Source of the DNA: Octopus sinensis
Taxonomy: Eukaryota
Reading direction: 5' to 3'
Assembly (NCBI RefSeq): GCF_006345805.1
Contig: NC_043001.1
Coordinates: 100,626,001-100,690,000, forward strand
DNA: 64,000 bases
Position 1 is the first letter of the stretch. The number at the start of each line of letters is the position of its first letter. Position numbers and translations under genes: made by a program. This document shows positions 51,821 through 64,000 of the stretch, piece by piece. The notes below the pieces were generated by a model, which was not told where the DNA came from, ran no database searches, and saw only the letters and a program-made list of their open reading frames with translations.

Positions 51821-51970
51821 TTGAAAAATACCTTAGGAATGAGAACGCAGGTTCGAAATTTCCCCAAGACACCTGAAGAAGGTTGGAGAGTATATCAGCT
51901 GAAATGTTGTGTTAACAACAAACAAGATGAGGACAAATATCTGTCGAATGTAAATAATGTAAATAATGTA
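51405..51970. mobile_element. Head-to-head pair of family D element, locus 3 (best preserved)
   Basis: Minus arm 51405-51669 and plus arm 51670-51970, each with tRNA-like head, (AAT)n spacer, hammerhead motif and TGTAAATAA tail. Confidence 0.9.
51455..51500 (-). ncRNA. Putative minimal type I hammerhead ribozyme
   Basis: GACAC-CUGAAGA-A-GGUUG-GAGAGUAUAU-CAGCU-GAAAC-GUU-GUGUU: full core, stem I GACAC/GUGUU, palindromic stem III ACGU. Activity untested. Confidence 0.6.
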
Positions 51971-53037
51971 CATACTTTCTCATTTCTTAACTATAGAACT
52001 GTTCTACAGTTTTTGTCTGCCAATTCCACTCACATCATATTGGTCGACCCACTGCTATTGTATAGAATAATCATGGCCAAACTGTGGCCCACAAAACTTT
52101 CTGAATAACAGACCTAACAAAAAATTACCTTGAATTTTTTTAGTAGAGCATCTTACCTGAAGACAATCCATGGTTCATGGAGTCTGCTTCATGTAAAAAG
52201 TTGTTTTCTATGCTTGATATAGAATATTAATTGACAACATTCATTTAGTGAAGATTGAATTTCTAACCACATGGCTCTGAACTGAAGCAAATTCCTCAAC
52301 CGTAACCAAATTAGGAAATGCAAAAGAGAATTAGGAAACCATAAATTGAGAGCTGTAGAGATACTTACTAAATAAACTAAAGTTTGGGCTGTAAGTCATG
52401 ATACTACAAGGTTGAAAGAGGGAGTGAATTTGGCCCCTGTTTTTGGCTGGTATTCATTTTATTGATTCTAGGAAGATTAAAGAGGAATTCGGTCATAACT
52501 GGATTCAAACTCAGAATATTTAAATGCCATAAGCTATTTCATCCAACATTGTACCAACTTTAGAAACAAGAAGGAGGGGAATTCAATTGAACCCAAATGC
52601 TGTATTTTAGTATCAATGCAATAACTGCACATATCTTATGCAGTACCAACCAAAAATCATTATTCAAAAGATTCCCCAGTTAAATGAAAGCTACTGTCAA
52701 CTGCTAGTGTCAGTCAATCAAATAAAAAAAAAAGACAATCAAAATTATGAGCAAAGGAACGATAAACTAAAACTGGAACTTTCTAGAAAATAACAAACAA
52801 GTGAAACAAAAAAACTAATCATGCGATTATTTGATTATCTACTTTGTGTTTATTTTTGTTGGTTTGTTTCATTTTTTTTTTCTTTCAAGTTGGAATAAAT
52901 CAAACACAGGAATGCTCTAAAAAATATTACAGAATTATCTGAGACAAAAATCACAGGGAAGACGCACCAACCACAATACAAAATATTACCATGAAATATT
53001 TCAGTAAGCCAAGAGCAAAAAAATTTCTTTAAAACAA

Positions 53038-53425
53038 CATCATCATCATCATCATCATCGTTTAACGTCCGCTTTCCATGCTAGCATGGGTTGGACGATT
53101 TTGAGTGAGGACTGGTGAACCAGATGGCTGCACCAGGCTCCAATCTTGATCTGGCAGAGTTTCTACAGCTGGATGCCCTTCCTAACGCCAACAACTCCGA
53201 GAGTGTAGTGGGTGCTTTTTACATGGCCCTGGCATGGGGGCCAGTCAGGCAGTACTGGCAATGACCTCGCTCGAATCTTTTTACACATGCCACCAGCACA
53301 GGTGCCAGTAAGGCAACATTGGTAACGATCATGCTTGAACGGTGCCTTTTACGTGCCACCGGCATGGACGCCAGATGGCTGCTCTGGCAATGATCATGCT
53401 CGGATGGTGCTCTTGGCACCCTACG
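53038..53425 (-). mobile_element. RTE-type LINE 3' UTR
   Basis: Same family, with (CAT)n tail on the plus strand. Confidence 0.9.
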
Positions 53426-55399
53426 ATGAAACACAATACACAAGTAAGGTTACATAAAGAGACAACTGCCAACACTTGGTATTAAACAATTTCATTTGTT
53501 ATTTAGTATTTACAATAGTATATAAGTAACATTGAATACGGTAATACTGAAGATATCCCAAATAAACTCTGCTATTCCAGCAAAACCAAAAAAGCAGGGT
53601 ACAGAAGAAGTTGAATGAAACTCTGTGAGTCAAGAAAATCATAAAAAGGGAAGAATACATCATTTTTGAAGACTAATGTTAAAACCTACAAGGTTGTCAA
53701 AGCTACTTAAAAATACATCAAAAGAACAAAGCTGAGATCTGAGTGGAGAACTGAAGAGCAAAATAATTGACAAAACAAGGCGTACCAGTTGTCTTGAAAG
53801 ATGTAAGGACCTCTTCAAACAGATTTGGTTGTTTGATTTGTACATGAAAACCTTTTATTATATTAATATAAATTAGGTGATATCATGTGGAAGAAATGTG
53901 AACAGAAAAAAATATTTTGACATTATTTAGATATAGGAAGTAATGCCATGTGACATAATATAAATGTAAGGAGAAACTTCCATCAAAATCTGTATAAAAC
54001 CTGTTCAGATATATCAATAGTAAGTGTGATAAATAATTTACCACATGAACTCATATCAATGACATTTAATCATTTTATTTTAAAAAATGAAAATAGAAAT
54101 AAAGACAAGGAGCACTGATCAATTCCATGAATTTCAAGTCTCTCAATATAAAATATAAAAGATTTTCAAAATTAAAATGTATGTTGACAACCTGTAAAGC
54201 TCTCATATTTATATTCTGTGTCCCAAGACCTGATGGTTGTACATGAGAAGTAAAATTGATGCTGAAAGGACGTACAGAGTTATAGAGTAAACTTACGGGT
54301 GACCTGCAGGTCATTGAAGGAGACAAAAATAAATGTAAAATTTCAGCCTGGCATGGATTGATTACCATAAGGCCACTGTGCCACACTTTAGGATATTGAA
54401 ATAATAGAAATCAACAAAAAACTTCTTCCAGTATTGAAGTAATATATCAACTATGTCCTGACAAAATGGAAGACATTCACAATATTCTAAAAAATACAAA
54501 TAGCAGTAAGTCCAATCCCCAGAAGGTTAAGGATTTTTCAAATCCTATTACTTTTTTGCCTCACTTTAACACCATTAACTAATTTGCTGAACCAATCCAG
54601 CTACAGCGACAAGTGCTACAGGCAATCTATAAATCATGAGACACACAAAATATACTAAAACTATATGCAAGAAATATCAGCCAGTTGCAAAAACTGCAAA
54701 TGTTACATGAATTCAGCTATCATATAAAATTGAACATGGAATTAGAAAGAAACATCTCCAAAGTTATTTTAAAAAGTAGCAAAGCAGTGAGCCAACAGAA
54801 TATTAAAATAAAGCTTACTACCCTAATCAAGGAAATAAAAGCCCAAGGACAATATTCATAATGAAGTTTCACTAATTAGAGTATTTAAGGATTATGAAAA
54901 TACGAAGAAAATCATTTTCTCTCTTCGTAAGGAAAATTACTGGAATTATAATTTAACTTCACTAAGAAACAAAGATGTAGCTAAATAAACAATAGAGTAC
55001 ACACACACACACACATGTATGTATGCAGGCGCATACACATACATACATGCCCTAAATTGATTAGGTAATAAACACATAAGATTCTGTCTGGGATTCAATT
55101 CCTCTCCCCACAAATTCACTTTGTGACTGTGACCAACACACTTCACTCTCGATGGCCAACTCAGTTTATATTTGAATTTGTTGTTATTGTAAGTCACAGA
55201 TCATCAGCCGTAACCAAACAGACCGTGACTAAAGTCAAGCCGCTCATGGTTATCTTTATTTTTAGGAATGGAGTACCCAGCTGGTTGAATGACTTTGTTG
55301 AGGTTCCATTCGGACCTGGCTATTGGAATAATTGCTTTCATGGTCAAGCGACCTTTCTGGCCCTTATTTCTCTCAGATTTCCCTAATGGCCACCCATCT

Positions 55400-55900
55400 A
55401 AGCATTCACATAAGCTATGTGTCTTTTTTGTTGTCCTCACTGGAAATTCTCCTTTCATGAACTGAACTGCTGTTGTTGTTTTCCCCTTTTGACGATGTTT
55501 CTTGAGCCTTTCCTGCTCCAGGGTGTGAGTGAGTGTTACAAGCACCTTGTTATGGCAACACTTATACCTCCCTTGAGTAAGTGCTATTTTGCACCCTGAC
55601 AAGATGTGTGCCAGTCAGCCTCTTTCGCCACAAAATCTACACAGTAGGTCTCCCTTCAAACTCCATGGGTTTGTTGGTGTTGTGAGTGTATCATACACCA
55701 CCCACAGCAGGAAAGAGATAAAAAAGGTTCCGGTCTCCACAGATCTGCCCATGTGACCTTCCTCTTAGGGGTGGTCCCATTTAGTCCAGGTACCCTGAGA
55801 TATCCGGCTCCACTGCTCTTGACTGGTTTTTTTCTTCCTCTTGGTTCTGCACTTCTGCTTGGATCAGGACCCTCCACTCCTTGATATCCACCTTCTGCCA
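55400..55900 (-). mobile_element. HERO-like (restriction-like endonuclease) non-LTR retrotransposon remnant
   Basis: PKRKVTWADLWRPEPF and LAHILSGCKIALTQGRYKCCHNKVLVTLTHTLEQER resemble the zinc-knuckle/RLE region of HERO-clade elements. Confidence 0.75.
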
Positions 55901-56260
55901 TTCTTGAAAATGGGAAGAATCAAGACCCTGCCAACCCCTACATGGAACTCCAATGTTTTAAATTAAATAAGGATGCTAAGAGGTATGATAATATAGGAAG
56001 TATTATGTCCCCTAAAGGTATGACTTTGTTACTTTTGGAGTATAATAAAGAATTCAAGACATCTTAGTCCCATTATTAAATTTAAAACATTAGAGTTACA
56101 GGTTTGTCCTCTCATAGAGATTTAAATAAGTTTTTGAATAGAAAAATATTCAAATGTTGTTCGGTGTTGCTATGGATAAGGAATTAAATGGAAAACTGGG
56201 TGAATGGTTGAGGGTATCAATGATGATGATAATGATGATAGTCATGGTGGTGTTGGTGTA

Positions 56261-56291
<31 letters not shown>

Positions 56292-56644
56292 TGGGGGAGG
56301 ATAATGATTTTCACCGTAATGGTATTGATGACGATGATGATGATGATGATGATGGTGATGATCCCTTCCACAAACCTGTCTAATGACCAAACTGACATTT
56401 CCAGTGTAATATTTAACTGTAATATGACCATTTCCTTATTTTCACCTAGCGAATGTCAACCCTGGCATAAAGAATGACTCTGCTATGTTCTCCCATTAAA
56501 AAAGGACACTCACATTATTAGCTAATTTGCATAAAAACTTCTAATGATATATTATTCAATGCTTTCAAAGAATGCGCATATTAAAAAAATGGATAGATAA
56601 TTTAACATTTATAAGGTATGCATGTATATATATATATATATATA

Positions 56645-57690
56645 TCATCATCATCATCGTTTAACGTCCATTTTCAATGCTGGCATGGGTTGGACGGTTC
56701 AACTGGGGTCTGGGAAGTCAGAGGTGGCTGCACTAAGTTCCAGTCTGATCTGGCAGAGTTTCTACTGATGGATGCCCTCCAAGAATGTAGAGGGTGCTTT
56801 TTACATGCCATCGGCATGGAGACCAGCTTGTTGCTCTGGCAATAATCTCGCTCATATCGTACTCTTAGCACTCCACTAGCATGGATGCCAGTCATCGAAT
56901 TTGATTTCGATTTCACTTGCCTCAGAGTTTAGTGTCCAATGAAGGAAAGGTACGCATAAGTGGGCTGGTTACACCACTGGCATAGGCCATGGGTTATGGT
57001 CTCACTTGGCTTGCCCGGTCTTCTCAAGCACAGCATATTGCTTGTCATTGCCTCGGTGAGGCCCAATGTTCGAAGCTCATTCTTCACCACCTCATCCCAG
57101 GTCTTCCTGGGTCTACCTCTTCCACAGGTTCCCTCAACCACTAGGGTGTGGTACTTTTTCACACAGCTATCCACATCCATTCTCGCCACATGGCCATACC
57201 AGCACAGTTGTCTCTCATGCATACCACATCTGATGCTTCTTAGGTCCAACTTTTCTCTCAAGGTACTTACATTCTGTCAAGTATGCACACTGACATTACA
57301 CATCCATCAGAGCATACTGGTTTCATTCCTTGTGAGCTTACGCATGTCCTCAGCAGTCACAGCCTATGTTTCACTGCCATGTAGCATGGCTGTTCATACA
57401 CATGCGTCGTACAGTCTACCTTTTACTCTGAGCGAGAGGCCCTTTGTCACCAGCAGAGGTAAGAGCTCTCTGAACTTTGCCCAAGCTATTCTTTTTCTAA
57501 CAGCTACACTTTCAGTGCACCCACCACTACTACTGATTTGGTCACCCAGTTAACGGAAGCTATCAACTACTTCTAGTTTTTCTCCCTGGAATGTGGTGGA
57601 AGTTGTTCTCTGCACATTTTCAGTGTTTATTGCTCCTCAGCATCTGCCACATACAAAGACTATCTTCCCAGTTAGCCTTCCTTTGATATT
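56645..57690 (-). mobile_element. RTE-type LINE, 5'-truncated, with ORF2 C-terminus
   Basis: YLGDQISSSGG, LSLRVKGRLYDAC, WYGHVARMD, GRGRPRKTWDEVVK and the 3' tail. Confidence 0.9.
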
Positions 57691-60600
57691 GTATCACCAT
57701 TTAATTCATAGTTGACAAAAATTGCAGTAGTTCTCTCAGCTTCCCTCTTTTGATAATAATTTCTGTTTCCTCTCATGACTTTATTCCTCATTACAATTAT
57801 ACTTATATAATTTCAATTGATAAGAACTTACATTTGGCTCACCACCTCACCTTGCATGGAAACAGGTAAGGGTTGATGATAGGAAGGGCATCTAGCTGCT
57901 GAAAATTTACCTCAATAAACGCCTGAAAGCATTAAAAAAATGATGTTTATTATGATGATGATGAGAAATGTTCATTAGCTCTATAGAAAATGTTTCCATC
58001 ATGTAAAAATACCGTTGACCAGAAATTCAATGAATCACTTAAATCCCACACAGACTTCATGTGTTTGCATAATGATATCATTGTTAGTATTAAGTTTTAT
58101 AATTGTCTGAACTATAAGACATATCTATTTTATTTCAGGATATACCTATGTTCCATGACTGGACATTTAGATATTGAATCAACATTTCTGGAAAGTTTGG
58201 AGACTGGCAAGCTTTACAGAACTTAAAGTGTTTGACTATAAACACCTTACAGCATTTAATTTTGACCTTCTCTCGACTGAGTTTATAGATTGCCTTTCAT
58301 CTCTCTGAAGTGAAGGAAACAAGTAGCAATATTATATGGAAGATTATTTCAGTTGATTGTAGCTCTGAGTTGTTAGAATTTTGCTGAATGTAAACAGATC
58401 AATAACTTTGGTATTTGGTTCATTATGGTTGGTTTATATAGATTTACACCGAAAACTATTGAATAAAAGTGGAACACAAGTAAACCAAGAGGGGAACTGG
58501 ACACCAAGAATTGGTTGGCTTGGAAGGGACTTGGTATGAATTTATGAATAATCCCACATATCAGGGAAAATGAAATTAAGCAAACTAAAGCTGATTTGAG
58601 TGAAACATAGTTCTACTCTTGGGGGAGAATGGAATGGTTATTTGATGTTTCTCTGAGCCACGAAATTAACCATCTCTGATGTGGTCTGAAATTGCAATAT
58701 ATTCAATAATTTCTGAATACTACTGAATGTTGTCCATATCCTCTTACTTTCGTTACACAACAAAACCATGTTGTTGTATTTGAAAATGTTCCTGGACTTT
58801 TGTAATCTTTATTATCGGCTGTGTTACTTTGCTCAAGGTAAAGTTTTGGACTTCCCATGCAGTACTTGTTTAGCAACGCCCTCTCTGTATTCCCATGAAG
58901 ACTTTTTTTATCCACAGTTTGAACTCGTGGAGAAGAAAAGATTTATTCTTTACCACAGTATAAAGGCAATGCTAATGGAAAATGTTAGTCACCTCAAATG
59001 ACCAGAAAAGCATCTGTTAAAGAGAAAAATTGAAAAAGAATTGCAATAGTCAGATTTTATAATGTTAACCTCACAGATGAGAGAACAAAAGAAAGAAAGG
59101 AATGATTAATTACAGTGTTACAGATCTTTCCAACCCATGCTTGCATGGAAAAATGGTCCTGAAAAGGGTAATGATTCTTAGTGTTTGAATATTACCACAA
59201 CATTTCTGTGTTAATCACTTTCAATACTGAATAAATCTGTTAGCTGTCTACATTAATTATAAAAACAACTTAAAACATATTTTATGAAATATTATATAAG
59301 ATGTTGTATAGACTTTACATAAAATGTTACAAACTCAATTACGGAAAACATTGACAGAAAAGACTCATAGAAAATAGTTTGGTTATATAATATATAAACT
59401 CACTTGAGTAAATTTTAAAATATTTCAATATTATTCATGAATATTGTATGAAGCACATTGCTTGTAATGTACACACAGTTATTCATACAAGTTCTTTAAA
59501 TTTCCATTTTATTACTGCTTTTAGTCATTGCACAGTGACCATACTGGAGCTCGGCTTTTAAAAGTCTTACAATGGCATCAACAGCATTACTTTAAATTGT
59601 ACTTGTTTTATCAATGTAGTTAGATGAAATAGCAACACTGACCTCAGCATAAAGCAACATAATTAGCACGAAGGCAAATGCCACTAGGTATTTTTCTTCT
59701 TTCATCTCTTGTCCTTCTTCCTCTGAAAAGTAGTAAAATATGTCCATGACCCAGTTTCAATTCTCAGTTATGCCTTTCAAGTTGCTACGGCATTTTGAAA
59801 AAAACATAAATGTCAGAAATTGCAGTTCACTTCCCAAGAAATGTGTTGTGGATTAATTGTTCATTTAGAGGCCATTGTTGATCATCAATTACTTTGTATT
59901 GGCAAGAAAGAATTATTGAAGAGATCAAATAGGAGAATTATCTACTTTTGAGCAGATATAAAAATGGGATACATTTGTTTCATGTTATTGAGTTGGAATT
60001 GAATTCCCAAGATTTCACAAATGTCACAAAGGAAAGAGATAGTGAAATATGAAGCTGATATTGAAGATTTCAGAGTGGAATTTTGAAACAATCAGATATG
60101 TGTACATTTTATTGATTTCTTCTTGCATGGGGAAGTAAAAGAGAGGAAGGGATTTCAATTTGAAGTTGACTATGTTCCAGTGAGTAAACCCAGACTTTAC
60201 AGCTGCTACATAAATGGCACCATAATAAATAGAAATTCTTTCAAAAACAATTCCAAGTTAATATGAAAATTCAAAATGTGGTTATGCAATGTCCAAGCAA
60301 TTCATGGTGAGTTTCATGATATAAATATATAGAAAAAGACATAATAATTTAATAATGCTTTCTATTTCACACAGTAAGAAACGTGAATATTTTAAGAAAA
60401 TATAGTCACAGGATATTGACTTTATTTAAATTTTCAAAGAGTATTTTATTTGATTAATAAACTGCCAACAGTTTTTCGGTTCTCATTAGGAAATGGGAAC
60501 CAAAAAGATGGCATGGTTTGGATTTTCCTTTTGTTTTAAAATTCCTACAAAAACAATCATCCTAATAACAAAAGAAATCTGATTTACTTTAAAATTAAAG

Positions 60601-60734
60601 TCATTACAAAAAGAAATGTCTGCAAAAAGTTGGAATTGGAAACAATAGAACGGATACACAGTCACACAGCAAAACTTCCAAGATTTGACTGTGAGAGTTA
60701 AAAAGAATACTATAACCAAAAATGAAAGTTTAAG

Positions 60735-63727
60735 TTATTAACACAAACAGATGTGACCACTCATTTATTACCACAAACAGATGTGACCACTCTTTTATTA
60801 ACACAAACAGATGTGATCCCACTTTTATTAACACAAACAGATGTGATTATGCTTTTATTAGCACAAACAGATGTGACCACTCTTTTATTACCACACAAAC
60901 AGATGTGACCACTCTTTTATTAGCACAAACAGATATGATCCCTTTTTTATTAGCACAAACAGATGTGACCACTCTTTTATTAGCACAAACGGATGTGACC
61001 ACTCTTTTATTAGCACAAACGGATGTGATCACTCTTTTATTAGCACAAACAGACATGTTCGCTCTTTTATTAACACAAACAGATGTGATCCCACTTTTAT
61101 TAACACAAACAGATGTGATCCCACTTTTATTAACACAAACAGATGTGACCACTCTTTTATTAGCACAAACAGATGTGACCACTCTTTTATTAGCACAAAC
61201 AGATATGATCCCTTTTTTATTAGCACAAACAGATGTGACCACTCTTTTATTAACACAAACAGATATGATCCCTTTTTTATTAGCACAAACAGATGTGACC
61301 ACTCTTTTATTAGCACAAACAGATGTGACCACTCTTTTATTAGCACAAACAGATATGATCCCTTTTTTATTAGCACAAACAGATGTGACCACTCTTTTAT
61401 TAACACAAACAGATATGATCCCTTTTTTATTAGCACAAACAGATGTGACCACTCTTTTATTAGCACAAACAGATGTGATCCCTCTTTTATTAGCACAAAC
61501 AGATGTGACTACGCTTTTATTAGCACAAACAGATGTGACCACTCTTTTATTAGCACAAACAGATGTGACCACTCTTTTATTAGCACAAACAGACATGTTC
61601 GCTCTTTTATTTACACAAACAGATGTGATCCCTCTTTTATTAGCACAAACAGATGTGACCACACTTTTATTAGCACAAACAGATGTGACCACTCTTCTAT
61701 TAGCACAAACAGATGTGATCACTCTCTTATTAACACAAACAGATCTGATCCCTCTTTTATTAGCACAAACAGATATGATCCCTCTTTTATTAGCACAAAC
61801 AGATGTGATCCCTCTTTTATTAGCACAAACAGATATGATCCCTTTTTTATTAGCACAAACAGATGTGACCACTCTTTTATTAACACAAACAGATATGATC
61901 CCTTTTTTATTAGCACAAACAGATGTGACCACTCTTTTATTAGCACAAACAGATGTGACCACTCTTTTATTAGCACAAACAGATATGATCCCTTTTTTAT
62001 TAGCACAAACAGATGTGACCACTCTTTTATTAACACAAACAGATATGATCCCTTTTTTATTAGCACAAACAGATGTGACCACTCTTTTATTAGCACAAAC
62101 AGATGTGATCCCTCTTTTATTAGCACAAACAGATGTGACTACGCTTTTATTAGCACAACAGATGTGACCACTCTTTTATTAGCACAAACAGATGTGACCA
62201 CTCTTTTATTAGCACAAACAGACATGTTCGCTCTTTTATTTACACAAACAGATGTGATCCCTCTTTTATTAGCACAAACAGATGTGACCACACTTTTATT
62301 AGCACAAACAGATGTGACCACTCTTCTATTAGCACAAACAGATGTGATCACTCTCTTATTAACACAAACAGATCTGATCCCTCTTTTATTAGCACAAACA
62401 GATATGATCCCTCTTTTATTAGCACAAACAGATGTGATCCCTCTTTTATTAGAACAAACGGATGTGACCACTTTTATTAACACAAACAGATGTGTTCGCT
62501 GTTTTATTAATATGAACAGATGTGATCACTCTTTTATTAACACAAACAGATGTGATCGCTCTTTTATTAACACAAACAGACGTCTTCCCTCTTTTATTAA
62601 CACATACAGATGTGATCCCTCTTTTATTAGCACAAACAGATGTGACCACACTTTTATTAACACAAACAGATGTGACCACTCTTTTATTAGCACAAACAGA
62701 TGTGACCACTCTTTTATTAGCACAAACAGATGTGATCCCTCTTTTATTAGCACAAACAGATGTGACCACGCTTTTATTAGCACAAACAGACATGTTCGCT
62801 CTTTTATTAACACAAACAGATGTGATCCCTCTTTTATTAGCACAAAAAGATGTGACCACACTTTTATTAACACAAACAGATGTGACCACTCTTTTATTAG
62901 CACAAACAGATGTGATCACTCTTTTATTAACACAAACAGATGTGATCCCTCTTTTATTAGCACAAACAGATGTGACAACGCTTTTATTAGCACAAACAGA
63001 TGTGACCACTCTTTTATTAGCACAAACAGATGTGACCACTCTTTTATTAGCACAAACAGACATGTTCGCTCTTTTATTTACACAAACAGATGTGATCCCT
63101 CTTTTATTAGCACAAACAGATGTGACCACTCTTTTATTAGCACAAACAGATGTGACCACTCTTCTATTAGCAAAAACAGATGTGATCACTCTCTTATTAA
63201 CACAAACAGATCTGATCCCTCTTTTATTAACACAAACAGACGTGTTCGCTCTTTTATTAACACAAACAGATGTGACCACTGTTTTATTAGCACAAACAGA
63301 TGTGACCACTCTTTTATTAACACAAGCAGATGTGTTCGCTGTTTTATTAATACGAACAGATGTGATCACTCTTTTATTAACACAAACAGATGTGATCGCT
63401 CTTTTATTAACACATACAGACGTCTTCCCTCTTTTATTAACACATACAGATGTGATCTCGCTTTCATTAACACAAACAGACATGTTCGCTCTTTTATTAA
63501 CACAAACAAACGTTTTCTCTCTTTTATTAACACAAACAGATTTGATCGCTCTTTTATTAGCACAAACAGATGTGATCACTCTTTTATTGGCACAAACAGA
63601 AGTGTTCGCTCTTTTATTAGCACAAACAGATGTGACGACTCATTTATTAACACAAACAGATGTGATTACTCTTTTATTAGCACAAACAGACGTCTTTTAT
63701 TAACATAGACAGATGCGATCGCTCTTT
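60735..63727. repeat. 30-bp minisatellite (about 100 units) with higher-order structure
   Basis: Unit ACAAACAGATGTGACCACTCTTTTATTAGC; a 21-unit (630-bp) block is duplicated at 61201-61830 and 61831-62459. Confidence 0.97.
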
Positions 63728-64000
63728 TTGTTAAAAATTAAAGTAAAAAGGTTTTTTTAAAGTTTTTGAATAAATAGGACAATAGCTAGAAGTAACACTA
63801 AAGTGAATGGTGCAAAATTATCTTGATTGCAAAATAAGATAAAAAGTTCAAGACTTGTAATTTTGGTAATTTCCTTTATAAATATCTTGGGTCATAAAAG
63901 ATTATGGATGCTCTGTGGATACTCTATAGGACAACTACCAATCCAATTTAAAATACATCAACTAAAAATAAAAAACAAAACTATCCTAAAAATTTATAAC

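Overview
Eukaryotic, AT-rich, repeat-saturated DNA. The repeat families and microsatellite density suggest a cephalopod (Octopus-like) genome; this is inferred from pattern recall, not from a search. No protein-coding gene could be identified with confidence, and most long ORFs in the track are microsatellite or minisatellite artefacts. The window holds tRNA-derived SINEs (CORE-like and Deu/Nin-domain), about 15 truncated copies of one RTE-type LINE with an (ATG)n tail, and remnants of RTE, R4/Dong and HERO-like LINEs. It also holds two DD37D maT/mariner elements, two hAT remnants, a non-autonomous Helitron, a 500-bp inverted duplication and a 3-kb 30-bp minisatellite. The most notable signal is two different short repeat families that each carry a minimal type I hammerhead ribozyme motif (CUGANGA-stem II-GAAAC with a palindromic stem III). 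All four such loci are head-to-head inverted pairs, and one family also has a tRNA-like Pol III head. This looks like a set of non-autonomous, hammerhead-bearing elements mobilised by Penelope-like retroelements.
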